This document shows positions 20,487-30,724 of a stretch of DNA of 64,000 nt, in pieces. Under the pieces are notes generated by a model. It saw nothing but the letters and a program-made list of their open reading frames with translations, did no database searches and had not been told where the DNA came from. The stretch spans positions 42,971 to 106,970 of the forward strand of contig CAYFHO010000003.1 of assembly GCA_964342825.1 (NCBI GenBank). The letters are read 5' to 3'. Origin of the DNA: an uncultured Verrucomicrobiota bacterium (GTDB taxonomy: Bacteria > Verrucomicrobiota > Verrucomicrobiia > Limisphaerales > AAA164-E04). A program made the translations under genes and the position numbers. The stretch's first letter is position 1, and each line of letters opens with the position of its first letter.

Positions 20487-21512
20487 ATGAATCACAAAGT
20501 CAAAATCTCTTTGTTATTATTACTGTCGTGCGGAGTTTTTAGCTCCGTGAGCACCTCAAATGCAGCGGAAGGATCCACTGATTTTGATCAGGCGAAAAAA
20601 GCCGAATTAAGGGAGCTTGCCAATAGTCTTTTCGGCCCATTGCCGGATGCCATGCCAGGATCGGAAAACGATACAGACTACCTTCGACACTTGGGGGAAA
20701 AGCTTTATTTCGACACCAGGCTTTCCAAAAACAACAGTATCTCATGTAATTCATGCCACCGCGTGGATCAGGGTCTGGGTGGAGTGGACAACGCTTCAGG
20801 TTCCACAGGTGCTTTCGGTGACATCGGTGATCGAAATGCTCCAACCGTGCTGAATGCTGGTTTTCAACTGGCCCAGTTCTGGGACGGCAGAGCTGAAGAT
20901 TTAAAGGCACAAGCTAAAGGTCCCATACTGAATCCTGTTGAAATGGCCATGCCGCATGAAGCAGCGGTTCTAGATCGAATCAGGCTCGATGACACCTATC
21001 GCTCTCTCTTCAAAAAGGCATTTCCAAAATCAAACCCAGCCATCACTTATGACAATGTAGCCGAGGCGATTGCTGCATTCGAGCGGACTCTCATCACGGA
21101 GGACCGGTTTGATGATTTCCTGGGAGGGGATGATGAAGCACTTACGCAGAAAGAACTGGAAGGTTTGGAAACATTCACTGCCATAGGATGCACCACCTGC
21201 CACACCGGACCGCTCTTGGGAGGCTCCATGTATCAAAAAGTCGGACTTGTGAATCCATACGAAAATTTTAGTGATATTGGACGTGAAGCTGTGACTAAGG
21301 ATGAAAACGATAAATATAAGTTCAAGGTGCCCACCTTGCGTAATGTTGCGATCACGGAACCTTATTTCCATGACGGGGGTGTGGCTACGCTTGGATTTGC
21401 TGTTCGAAAAATGGCCTACATGCAGTTAGGTCTTCAACTGACTTCGGAACAAACAGAGTCTATTGTGGCTTTTCTGGGGGCATTGACCGACAAGTCACGC
21501 TCAGGGAAATAG
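20487..21512 (+). CDS. di-haem cytochrome c peroxidase (CcpA/MauG family)
   Basis: Signal peptide from ATG 20487. Two CxxCH haem motifs (CNSCH, CTTCH) and the segment PTLRNV...PYFHDG. Confidence 0.85.
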   Translation: MNHKVKISLLLLLSCGVFSSVSTSNAAEGSTDFDQAKKAELRELANSLFGPLPDAMPGSENDTDYLRHLGEKLYFDTRLSKNNSISCNSCHRVDQGLGGVDNASGSTGAFGDIGDRNAPTVLNAGFQLAQFWDGRAEDLKAQAKGPILNPVEMAMPHEAAVLDRIRLDDTYRSLFKKAFPKSNPAITYDNVAEAIAAFERTLITEDRFDDFLGGDDEALTQKELEGLETFTAIGCTTCHTGPLLGGSMYQKVGLVNPYENFSDIGREAVTKDENDKYKFKVPTLRNVAITEPYFHDGGVATLGFAVRKMAYMQLGLQLTSEQTESIVAFLGALTDKSRSGK

Positions 21513-21540
21513 GGACCGAATCAACTTAGAAAACAGAAAA

Positions 21541-21567
21541 CCCCCTTGAAATGAACTTTCAAGGGGG
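21541..21567. terminator. bidirectional intrinsic terminator between the convergent ccp and ilvB genes
   Basis: Perfect 10-bp stem CCCCCTTGAA/TTCAAGGGGG with a 7-nt loop, flanked by an A-rich tract upstream and TTTTGTTT downstream. Confidence 0.7.
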
Positions 21568-21599
21568 TTTTGTTTAAATAGAAACCAGACAAACTTCGA

Positions 21600-23486
21600 T
21601 CAAGAAATAATCATATCGGCAACTGTGTGTGCAGCTGGAATGAAGGGTAGGACGTGCTCGGTGTATGGAACGACCACATCCAAAAGATATGGTTGATCTG
21701 AATCAAGCATCCTCTGCATGGCAGCCTTAAGATCCTTCCTGAACATGACTCGCTCGCAGGGGACATTAAACCCTTTGGCCATGGCAACATAATCCGGGTA
21801 AATGGCTTTCATGTTTTCAGGATCACCCAGGTAAGTATTGCCACGATTGCCCTGATAAAAACGGTCTTCCCACTGCATGACCATTCCAAGATGCTGATTA
21901 TTGAGGACAATTGCTTTGGCTGCGATTTTTTCAATATGAGCGGTCGCCAGCTCCTGAATGTTCATCAAGAATGAGCCATCCCCGTCAATATCGATAACAT
22001 GTTTGTCGGGGCACGCTACCTTGGCCCCCATGGCCGCAGGATAGCCAAAGCCCATGGACCCCAGACCTGCGCTGGTAATATACCTGCGTGGCTCATCATA
22101 TTTAAACCATTGCCCAGCCCACATCTGGTGCTGCCCCACCCCAGTGGTGATGATGGCGTCACCACCTGTCAATTCATAGAGCATGTCAATGGTCATTTGG
22201 GGCAGTATGACTTGATCCTCCATACCTTGAAGGTGATCTCTCATGTGCTGTGAACGCATGACCTCTTCATCCACACTGTAACGGAAAGCCCCACGTTGTT
22301 TCCAATCCTCAATGCGCCGATGCCAGGCATCGAACTTGTTTTGGATAGGACGTTTTCGAATCATCTCGACCAAGCGGCCCAGTGCGTACTTCACATCACT
22401 AACGACTGGCAATTGAACCTTACGATTCTTGTTATGCTCGGACTCATCGATATCAACGTGAACAATGGTTCCTTTTTCGCAAAATTTTTCTACCTTGCCG
22501 GTCACTCGATCATCAAATCGAACACCAAAAGCAAGCAGGAGATCTGCACCAGGGTGAACCTCTGTAACTCGAACTTCGCCGTTGGCATCAGCTTCCTTCT
22601 TGAATTCACCACTTACCGCCCAATTCGCAAATGCTGCCCCATGCATGCCGAGCCACCTCAAGGAGAGCGGATCCGTTTCAGGAAAGGCCCCGCACCCCAT
22701 GATGGTCGAAGTTACAGGAATACCAGTCAAACGCACCAGCTCACGGAGTTCGTGATGGGCTTCACCACTGATGATGCCACCACCGACATACAGAACCGGA
22801 CGTTCTGCTTTTTGGATCAGGCCAACGATCTCGTTTAATTCCAAATCGCTTGCTCGACGCATCGGGTCGTATCCGCGAATGTTGACTGATTTTGGAAAAA
22901 CCGGTTGAGCTTTTGCCTGTTGAATATTTTTCGGAATGTCAATGACGACGGGCCCTGGTCGCCCCGTTGAGGCGATGTGGAAAGCTTCCTTGACCAGTCT
23001 GGGGATGTCGGCGATGTCGGTAACCAGAAAACTGTGCTTCACAATGGGAAGGGTCATCCCAAAGAAATCTGTTTCCTGAAAAGCGCCCTTCCCGATCATA
23101 GCCTGAGGAACCTGCCCCGTAATGGCAACCAATGGAGTCGAGTCCATGAAGGCGTCCGCGATACCAGTCACCAAGTTGGTGGCACCTGGTCCACTTGTTG
23201 CCATACACACGCCAGGCTTGCCTGATGCTCTGGCGTAACCTTCAGCCGCAAAAACACCCCCTTGTTCATGCCGGGGAAGAATAACTCGGATCTTGTCTGA
23301 TCGAGTCAATGCTTGGTGAAGTTCCATACTGGCACCACCAGGGTAGGCAAATATGGTATCGACCATTTCTCGCTCCAATGCAGCTACAAGGATTTCGCTG
23401 CCACTCATTGTGGGACCGATTTCGGGTTTGTCGTTGGTGTTGGACTCAATGTCCGTTCCTGACTTTTTTGTTTTGGTATCGCTCAT
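21600..23486 (-). CDS. ilvB: acetolactate synthase (acetohydroxy-acid synthase) large subunit
   Basis: 628 aa. Thiamine-diphosphate motifs [15 protein letters not shown] ... [10 protein letters not shown], and N-terminus [24 protein letters not shown]. Confidence 0.9.
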   Translation of the reverse strand: MSDTKTKKSGTDIESNTNDKPEIGPTMSGSEILVAALEREMVDTIFAYPGGASMELHQALTRSDKIRVILPRHEQGGVFAAEGYARASGKPGVCMATSGPGATNLVTGIADAFMDSTPLVAITGQVPQAMIGKGAFQETDFFGMTLPIVKHSFLVTDIADIPRLVKEAFHIASTGRPGPVVIDIPKNIQQAKAQPVFPKSVNIRGYDPMRRASDLELNEIVGLIQKAERPVLYVGGGIISGEAHHELRELVRLTGIPVTSTIMGCGAFPETDPLSLRWLGMHGAAFANWAVSGEFKKEADANGEVRVTEVHPGADLLLAFGVRFDDRVTGKVEKFCEKGTIVHVDIDESEHNKNRKVQLPVVSDVKYALGRLVEMIRKRPIQNKFDAWHRRIEDWKQRGAFRYSVDEEVMRSQHMRDHLQGMEDQVILPQMTIDMLYELTGGDAIITTGVGQHQMWAGQWFKYDEPRRYITSAGLGSMGFGYPAAMGAKVACPDKHVIDIDGDGSFLMNIQELATAHIEKIAAKAIVLNNQHLGMVMQWEDRFYQGNRGNTYLGDPENMKAIYPDYVAMAKGFNVPCERVMFRKDLKAAMQRMLDSDQPYLLDVVVPYTEHVLPFIPAAHTVADMIIS

Positions 23487-23526
23487 TGCGGTTTTTTGGT
23501 TTCAAACAGCCGGCCTGCCTGAGTCA

Positions 23527-23559
23527 TAAAAAAACCCACGACCGTTTCCAGCCGTGGGT
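23527..23559 (-). terminator. intrinsic terminator in the ilvB leader (candidate attenuator)
   Basis: Read on the minus strand: ACCCACGGCU-GGAAAC-GGUCGUGGGU (10 bp including 2 G-U pairs), then UUUUUUU. It ends only 41 nt upstream of the ilvB ATG. Confidence 0.65.
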
Positions 23560-23577
23560 TGTTGTCAAAAAATCTTC

Positions 23578-23679
23578 TTAGCATCGACAAGCCCCGGCCA
23601 GTTGGAGTACGACTACCACTACACTCTGCAGTGGAAGGACTCCCGGACCAAAGACGACCTGTCGTAGATTGTTTCTCAT
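23578..23679 (-). CDS. putative ilvB leader peptide (33 codons, Val/Leu-rich)
   Basis: Hand-translated: MRNNLRQVVFGPGVLPLQSVVVVVLQLAGACRC. It has five consecutive Val codons (23608-23622). The TAA stop lies 18 nt upstream of the terminator stem. It is below the size cut-off of the ORF track. Confidence 0.5.
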   Translation of the reverse strand: MRNNLRQVVFGPGVLPLQSVVVVVLQLAGACRC

Positions 23680-23757
23680 ATAAGAAACAGGACTATTAAC
23701 GAAACAAATCGAAGAGGTCAAATGCGAAATGTTCAAAAAAACTGCCCTGGCCGATGA

Positions 23758-24759
23758 TTAGAGGCTGTTTCTCGGATACAAAACGATGAATCCATCATTT
23801 ACTTCCACCCGGTCCAATGCCAATGCCAAGTCATGCAATCTGGAATGGACCCTGAACAATCGATTTAAGGCACGTTTCTGGACGGGCTCTGCAATCACAT
23901 TCATAATTCCATTTCCTTGATAGATAATGGACTCAAACATGTCACCCGTCGAATCTTTAGAAAGTGCCAGGTTAGCTTTCACGGACTTGGTAGATGAAGA
24001 TATTTTCACATCCTTTCCCAACCAACCCAAAGGAATGTTAGCAATACGTTTTAGTCCATTGGAAGCCATCTGCCGCACACTTGAGTTGTGAATGCGGTGC
24101 AACCATCGATGAAAATTCTTGTGATTAACATTCAGAGAATCAACTGCAAGTCGTATTTGGCCGCCATGCATACCCAGTCTAAAAGCACCAGATCCTTTGA
24201 CGTGGATAGGATCGCTACCAAAAAATTTTGAGTCGCCAATATTGATATCGAAGAAAGTCTGCACACGGTTTTTGTGAATCTTTACCGAGGCTGAATCACG
24301 TAAATTACCCAATCGAGTGTCGTGCTTTAAGAAAGCATTTACTTCTCTTTCCCCGAGGCGAATGGGCTTTTGAGCATTACCAGCTGAAGCTAGTGTAAAG
24401 AACTGATGCAGTTTGTCCTTAACAACCTTAAATTCTTCAAACTTGATTTCCTCCTCGGGATTCAACTGTTCTTGTGTCGAAGAAAAACCCAGCTCTACTT
24501 TGCTTTGATTCATTTCAGGAACCAAAACAGATTTCATGACCAAAACGGTCACCAGCGCGAAAAGAGAAATTCCGGCCAAGGTAAAGGCTGCGAAGCTAAG
24601 AAGAATCATTGAAGGATTGATCCGCTTCGGGCGTGACTCAATGACATGCTGGTCACGCTGCTCGTGTCGCGTCAGCGTCTCTAAGGACCCATACAATCCA
24701 CTCTGTTGAAGATCAGGTTGCTGAGAAATAAGATTTGGCTGTTCAATTAAGTCTTTCAT
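23758..24759 (-). CDS. hypothetical single-pass membrane protein
   Basis: 333-aa ORF with one transmembrane segment (MILLSFAAFTLAGISLFALVTVLVM). No recognised domain. Confidence 0.55.
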   Translation of the reverse strand: MKDLIEQPNLISQQPDLQQSGLYGSLETLTRHEQRDQHVIESRPKRINPSMILLSFAAFTLAGISLFALVTVLVMKSVLVPEMNQSKVELGFSSTQEQLNPEEEIKFEEFKVVKDKLHQFFTLASAGNAQKPIRLGEREVNAFLKHDTRLGNLRDSASVKIHKNRVQTFFDINIGDSKFFGSDPIHVKGSGAFRLGMHGGQIRLAVDSLNVNHKNFHRWLHRIHNSSVRQMASNGLKRIANIPLGWLGKDVKISSSTKSVKANLALSKDSTGDMFESIIYQGNGIMNVIAEPVQKRALNRLFRVHSRLHDLALALDRVEVNDGFIVLYPRNSL

Positions 24760-25041
24760 GACGCTCTGAATTCCTTAGAGCATCCAGAATGCCAACCATG
24801 TCAAAACAGGATCAATGAACGGAAAGAGTGAGGATTTTCTCAAATTTGAAAGTGCAACAGGACTTACAAACAGGAAAATCAAACCTTAGAAACGTGGTTA
24901 AATACTGGATTACAACAAGTTAATCCGCCTCAAGGCTAGAAAAACTAAAATCCGACAATTGAGCTTTTCTCAAAAATGCAATGTCTCGCTAACACTGCAA
25001 TACCTATCTTTTGCAATGCGTTTAAAGCCTTTCGCATGATT

Positions 25042-26514
25042 TCATTTCATGCCTTCATGCTCGGCACGACTCAAGAAGTTGCCGTCAAAAAGGTGCGTTC
25101 GGATTAAAGATTGGTCCTTAATCTTGTCGGCAGATTTTATCACTTCACCCGTCTCTTCCAGCTGTGTAATGGAGTAACCGCGCGAGAGTACTTGAACGGG
25201 GCCCAATAATTTTAATTGAGTGGAGGCTTGGTGAACGCGGTATTGATGACGCGTTAATTCAGCAGAGAAAGCGCTGCTAAAATGCTGTTTAACCTGTTCC
25301 AACTGCCGAAACCTTTCGGCCAGTCTATGTCTGGGATGCATGGTTCTAATCAAGTTGATATCCTGCGCAAGTCGTTCTTTCAACGTATTCAGCCAAAGCG
25401 TAGAAGAACGTGAAAGACTGTCCTGAAGGTCATCAATGCGCTGATTATGTCTTTCAATAACCCGTTTGGGATGGAGGTAATCCAAGCGGCGCCTGACCTG
25501 CCCCAGATGAACTTGAGCCTGCTCGCAAAAAGCCTCAATGCAGGAACGCATCCGAGGACTGGCTTCCTGCAGAAATGAAACCGCAGCTAAGGGGCCTTCA
25601 GAAATTATTTCAGCAGCGGCACTTGGAGTGGCTGCTCTAAAATCCGCCACAAAATCGCTGATGGTAAAATCAATTTCGTGCCCGACAGCGGAAATGACCG
25701 GAACGTCAGAGCTGGCAATGGCCCTGGCAACCACCTCTTCGTTGAATGCCCATAAATCTTCCAAACTTCCCCCCCCGCGAGTCACAAGGATCATGTCCAA
25801 AGGATGAGATTCAGAATCCAGGGCATGCCACTGATTGAGGCTCCTGATTGCAGCGGCTATTTCCTCTGCTGCCCCCTGACCTTGAACTCTACAACCTGCA
25901 ACCACTAACTTGAGCCCGGGGTGCCGCCTGCCAAGTACGTGAGCCACATCACGAATGGCCGCCCCACTGCAGGAAGTCACCACCCCAATTTGGTGAGGGT
26001 ACCTGGGTAACGGGCGTTTCCTTTCTGAATCAAAAAGCCCTTCCTCCTTAAGCTTCTTCTTTAATTTTTCAAATGCCAACTGAAGCGCCCCTATTCCGTC
26101 CAGTTCAATGCCGCGGACGATTAACTGATATTGGCCACGGGGCATGTAAACAGAAATGTCACCCTTCAGGATCAATTTGACTCCCTGCTCCAGTTGCTCT
26201 CGATGCGAAACTCGTTCTCCTCTAAAAAGCACGCAAGATAATTGGGCATCACCATCTTTGAGCGTGAAATAGCAGTGTCCGGAGCTTTGGGCTCTGAAAT
26301 TACTGATTTCTCCAGAAACACGTATAGACCGAAATCCGCCTTCGAGCATGTTTCTGATCTTTCGAGTCAGGTCTCCAACAGATAATACTTCTGGTTTACT
26401 GGTGGGCTGAGTTGAGGCAGGTTTATCAACCCTTTTGGGCTTGACCGGATTCACTTCCGGTTCGGCATCGAACAGATTTTGAAACTCCCATTGGGACGAT
26501 TGACGACGAGGCAT
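25042..26514 (-). CDS. xseA: exodeoxyribonuclease VII large subunit
   Basis: LSVGDLTRKIRNMLE...IRVSGEISNF...SGHCYFTLKD (OB-fold N-terminus), followed by the catalytic and coiled C-terminal parts. Confidence 0.85.
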   Translation of the reverse strand: MPRRQSSQWEFQNLFDAEPEVNPVKPKRVDKPASTQPTSKPEVLSVGDLTRKIRNMLEGGFRSIRVSGEISNFRAQSSGHCYFTLKDGDAQLSCVLFRGERVSHREQLEQGVKLILKGDISVYMPRGQYQLIVRGIELDGIGALQLAFEKLKKKLKEEGLFDSERKRPLPRYPHQIGVVTSCSGAAIRDVAHVLGRRHPGLKLVVAGCRVQGQGAAEEIAAAIRSLNQWHALDSESHPLDMILVTRGGGSLEDLWAFNEEVVARAIASSDVPVISAVGHEIDFTISDFVADFRAATPSAAAEIISEGPLAAVSFLQEASPRMRSCIEAFCEQAQVHLGQVRRRLDYLHPKRVIERHNQRIDDLQDSLSRSSTLWLNTLKERLAQDINLIRTMHPRHRLAERFRQLEQVKQHFSSAFSAELTRHQYRVHQASTQLKLLGPVQVLSRGYSITQLEETGEVIKSADKIKDQSLIRTHLFDGNFLSRAEHEGMK

Positions 26515-26515
26515 A

Positions 26516-28804
26516 TCAGTGTTTCAGAAGTTTGACGAAATCATCCAAAGTATGAACCGGGCGCTGGCAAACGTAATCCTCGCAAACGTATGCAGTAGGT
26601 TTGCCTTCAATACGAACCACAGATTGAATGAAATCCAAGTGCTTGGATAGGTACGATTGACCTTCAGAGGCGTCGGCAAGCAGCAAAATTTTTCCCGGAA
26701 TAAAACGTGAATGAAGTTCGCGTTGCATTTCAAGCAGTTCAGGGGAGTCAGGGTCAGCAGCGAATACAATTTGCCGGGTTGGATGGAGTGAGTGATCCAA
26801 AGCCACCAGCATTTGTGGCATGCCTGATGGTTGCTTGCTTAAATTGGCAGAAAAATAATCCAAAGCAGATTGAGCTTTCTGGAGCTTTGTTTCATCACCA
26901 AGAATATGACTCAGCCGCAGAAGATTCATTACGGCGACGGAATTTGCCGAAGGTTCTGCACCATCATAATCATCTTTCATCCTTAACAGAAGATTCTTGC
27001 TTCCTGCTTGAGTTGCAAAATAACCCCCGTGCTTCGGATCCCAAAACATGGTGTCCTGTCGCGACTGAAGCTCTACCGCCCATTGGATCCACCTGATGTC
27101 AAAAGTGGTTTCGTACAAATCAAGCAGACCCTGGATTAAAAAAGCATGATCATCCAGGAATCCCTGAATTTCGGATCGCTCTCCACGATAGATACGATAA
27201 AGTGTCTGCTCTGATTCACTGTAGAGTTGTTCCTTGATGAAGGAAGCGGCTTTGACGGCTGCACTTTTGTATTTGGTCGCATTGGGTAAAATCTGCCCAG
27301 CCTTGGCAAAGGCGGTAATCATCAGGCCGTTCCATGCGGTGATGATCTTGTCATCAAGATGAGGTCTGGGGCGTTTGTCCCGCTCCGAATACAATTTTTG
27401 CCGGGCAGCATTGATGGCTTCTTCCACGACTTCAGCATTTACCTGAAATTGGCCGGCAACTTCAGAAATGCTCAGGCGCTGAATCAATATGTTCTTATTC
27501 TTGAATTCGCCATGTGGATCACTTCCAAGAGGTGCATTTCCACCTTTGACAACTCCGTACATGGCATTGAACCAGGCGGCACTTTGCTCTCCCAGAATGT
27601 TGTTGATTTCTTCATGGCTCCAAACATAAAACGCTCCTTCAGCATGGTCGGGCTTGCCGTGTTCAATCAGGCTGTCAGCATCTTCCGCTGAATAAAACCC
27701 GCCTTCATCCGATGTCATATCCCGGAGCACGTAATCCAGTATATCTCGCACTACCTGAGCATATTCCTCTTTCCTGGTAATTTGAAATGCTTCGAGGTAA
27801 GCAACCGCTAACTGCGCTTGATCATAAAGCATTTTTTCAAAATGAGGAACATGCCAGTGTCGATCTACGGCATACCGGTGGAACCCGCCTCCAAGGTGAT
27901 CATTTATTCCTCCCTTAGCCATGACATCCAATGTCTCCAGCGTCATGGATAAGGCTTCTTTTCCTTCATCCGATGTCCTGCCTTTACGAAACATGTGACG
28001 CAGAAGGAAATTGAAAGTCACGGGTCTAGGAAATTTAGGAGCAGCACCAAACCCCTTGTTTTCTGTATCGAATTGGGAGGCGATTCGCACATAAGCCTGG
28101 TCGAGAATTGATGGATCAAGTTTCGCGGATGAAGTTGGAGTTGCAGTAAAAGCTTCACGCAACTTTTCAATCACCTCGTTACCACTATCAATTAAACGCT
28201 GTCGATCATTTTTCCAAGCGTCCCCGATCTGCCTGCAAATATCCGGAAACCCTGGTCGCCCAAACTTACCCTCTGGTGGAAAATAGGTTCCTCCCACGAC
28301 AGGCTTAAGGTCCGGGGTCAACCAGACACTCATTGGCCAACCACCACTTCCTGTGGTCGCCTGAACAAATGTCATGTAGATCTTGTCCACATCAGGTCGC
28401 TCTTCCCTGTCCAGTTTGACGCAAACAAAATGTTCGTTCATGACTTTGGCTATCTCCTCATTTTCAAACGACTCATGAGCCATCACATGACACCAATGAC
28501 ATGTGGAATATCCTATCGAAAGGAATATCATTTTATTCTCGGATCGCGCCTTCTCGAATGCTTCCTCACCCCAAGGATACCAATCCACGGGGTTGTGGGC
28601 GTGTTGAAGCAGGTAAGGTGATTTTTCTTTGGCGAGTCGATTCGTAAAGCTCATGGCGCCTTCCTGTGTGGCTGCCTCTGCGTTGGACTTCTTCATGAAA
28701 TGAAAACCAAGAAACAACGTACTCGTCGTGATCACCATCGTGCCCAGAAATATCTGAAACGGCAAAATGGACTTGGGAGTGGTTTTGGATTCGCCTGGAT
28801 TCAT
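26516..28804 (-). CDS. thioredoxin-domain protein (DUF255 / YyaL / SPATA20-like)
   Basis: [20 protein letters not shown]...[11 protein letters not shown], followed by a long alpha/alpha-toroid-like C-terminus. ATG 28804 was chosen; a TTG at 28819 is also possible. Confidence 0.8.
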   Translation of the reverse strand: MNPGESKTTPKSILPFQIFLGTMVITTSTLFLGFHFMKKSNAEAATQEGAMSFTNRLAKEKSPYLLQHAHNPVDWYPWGEEAFEKARSENKMIFLSIGYSTCHWCHVMAHESFENEEIAKVMNEHFVCVKLDREERPDVDKIYMTFVQATTGSGGWPMSVWLTPDLKPVVGGTYFPPEGKFGRPGFPDICRQIGDAWKNDRQRLIDSGNEVIEKLREAFTATPTSSAKLDPSILDQAYVRIASQFDTENKGFGAAPKFPRPVTFNFLLRHMFRKGRTSDEGKEALSMTLETLDVMAKGGINDHLGGGFHRYAVDRHWHVPHFEKMLYDQAQLAVAYLEAFQITRKEEYAQVVRDILDYVLRDMTSDEGGFYSAEDADSLIEHGKPDHAEGAFYVWSHEEINNILGEQSAAWFNAMYGVVKGGNAPLGSDPHGEFKNKNILIQRLSISEVAGQFQVNAEVVEEAINAARQKLYSERDKRPRPHLDDKIITAWNGLMITAFAKAGQILPNATKYKSAAVKAASFIKEQLYSESEQTLYRIYRGERSEIQGFLDDHAFLIQGLLDLYETTFDIRWIQWAVELQSRQDTMFWDPKHGGYFATQAGSKNLLLRMKDDYDGAEPSANSVAVMNLLRLSHILGDETKLQKAQSALDYFSANLSKQPSGMPQMLVALDHSLHPTRQIVFAADPDSPELLEMQRELHSRFIPGKILLLADASEGQSYLSKHLDFIQSVVRIEGKPTAYVCEDYVCQRPVHTLDDFVKLLKH

Positions 28805-28855
28805 TCCTGATCTAAACAAATTCTGTAATCGCGGTTATCCTCTGGTGCTGGTGAC

Positions 28856-29692
28856 TCAGTCTTCCAGCAATCGGATCTCAACCTTGCGGTATTCCACAGG
28901 ATGACTTTCGGACTGCAAGGAGATGCTTCCACCAAAAATCCGTGCATCGCCGCCGTTGGCTTCTATCAATAGTTTGGAATGCGGATCACCTTCATCCAAC
29001 ACCGGATGTGTCAGTTCGAAGACCGTTTCCCCCTCCATGATGCATTTGAGTGATTCATGGCCCCTCACTTCGACTTCCACGGTTACCCACTGCTCTCCAT
29101 GATAAGTTTTGGAACTCGAGTTGGTGCAGTGCCGTTTGGTGAGTCTGCCATCTAATGAAATATGGGTACCAGGTGTGCAGATGTTGGCAGTGGACCTTTT
29201 ATTTTTTCCGTCGCCGCCAAGTAACTGAACTTCAATCGAAGCGGGAAAATCCTGATCCACATCCATTGTTTCAGGAAGCTCCCCATGTAGCATCAATCCA
29301 CTGTTCCGGATCGCCCAACCAGGTCCACCTTTGACCTGTTGACCAACAAAACGGTATTCCGCTCGAAGTACATAATTGCTGTAAGGGGCATGATAAAACA
29401 AATGCCCAAAAGTCTCCTTGAATTCGGGGTAAGCCTTTGGATCATATCCCACCTTGAGAATCCCATCCTCAACCCGGAATGTGTTGCCATAGTTTTCACC
29501 CAGTTTGTGGTATCGGATCTTGGGGATCCATCCATCGAGGTTCTTTCCATTGAATAACTGAATCCAACCTTCTTCAGACGATTCACCCTGAACATTTTGT
29601 GTTGAGAAAAAATAAGAAGTGGCAACGAAAGCTACCACTAGAAACGTTAAAAGCCGCTGAAAAGAAAAATTGGATTTCATGGACAGATTCAA
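28856..29692 (-). CDS. DUF1080 (3-keto-disaccharide hydrolase-like) protein, secreted
   Basis: Signal peptide, then GWIQLFNGKNLDGW and a C-terminal VEYRKVEIRLL, both hallmarks of DUF1080. Confidence 0.75.
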   Translation of the reverse strand: MNLSMKSNFSFQRLLTFLVVAFVATSYFFSTQNVQGESSEEGWIQLFNGKNLDGWIPKIRYHKLGENYGNTFRVEDGILKVGYDPKAYPEFKETFGHLFYHAPYSNYVLRAEYRFVGQQVKGGPGWAIRNSGLMLHGELPETMDVDQDFPASIEVQLLGGDGKNKRSTANICTPGTHISLDGRLTKRHCTNSSSKTYHGEQWVTVEVEVRGHESLKCIMEGETVFELTHPVLDEGDPHSKLLIEANGGDARIFGGSISLQSESHPVEYRKVEIRLLED

Positions 29693-30221
29693 TCAGGATT
29701 ATGGTCGGGACACAAGCTCATGAAACAGAATAAAGGAAGCTTACTGTGTTGAGATGTAACCCACTTAATTAGATGAGCTGCATCGTCGACCTGCACTGCT
29801 TGCTGCGAAAAGGTGATTACAAGACGCAAGTTCCCCGATAATCCAGACCATTCCGAGCGATGCTGATTATTTGAGCAAAGGGGGCACCCGCTCTGTTGCG
29901 TGGTTCCTATCTCTCAGTAACGGAGAGGCATAAATAATTTGGAAATGTGGAAAATTTATGATGATTGCAAGGGCACCTGGGTTATCACCTCATTAAAGAA
30001 ACACATCCTGATGGATGAACCCCAACAAAAACATCCGATGACATTAGCGGGTAGATGCGGAGGACAGTGCTTGTTTTGGGATTCAGGAAAAGCAAAACCC
30101 AACATTCCCTTGCCTGATTTGATAAAACCCCAATTATTCATTACGCTGATCAAAAAATGACCTTCAACAAGCTTTAAGATTTAAGGACGAAGACATTTGG
30201 AAAAATCGTTACCTCTAACCA

Positions 30222-30554
30222 ATGAGTAATCGAAGAGAAGAAAAAATGGTTGCTGGATTTTTGGCAACGATTACCTACGGGATCATCGCTTTGCCCACAG
30301 TGGTTGCCGGATGGTCAAAGTGGCCTCCAAGATTTTCTTTGTCGTCGGCATTATTGGCCCCTTTCGGACAAATTGCCGTGCAACACAATTCGAGTGCTTC
30401 TGTGGCCTTCCTTTTAACCATTATTCCAATGATTACCTTGGGTATGCTGATTACCAAATCCTGGGTTGCACAGCAGGTTCAACGTAGCCTGATTTGGTCA
30501 ATAGTTATTTATTTTGCTGCCGTCATCGCTGCCATTTTTTTGAGCAACTCATAA
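30222..30554 (+). CDS. hypothetical small membrane protein
   Basis: 110-aa ORF with 3-4 hydrophobic segments. No motif. Confidence 0.35.
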   Translation: MSNRREEKMVAGFLATITYGIIALPTVVAGWSKWPPRFSLSSALLAPFGQIAVQHNSSASVAFLLTIIPMITLGMLITKSWVAQQVQRSLIWSIVIYFAAVIAAIFLSNS

Positions 30555-30724
30555 TGCACTTATCTGATTCTCTACCTGGTGCACACCACTTCGGGTTTGA
30601 AAAAAACGTTCCCAAAAACATACTGACAAAATATGCACGTTTACTATGATTCGAATCAATGAATCCAGCTAGACGCACACCTGCTCCATGCACAATTTTC
30701 GGGCATTCAGGTCCGCTTTGTCCA

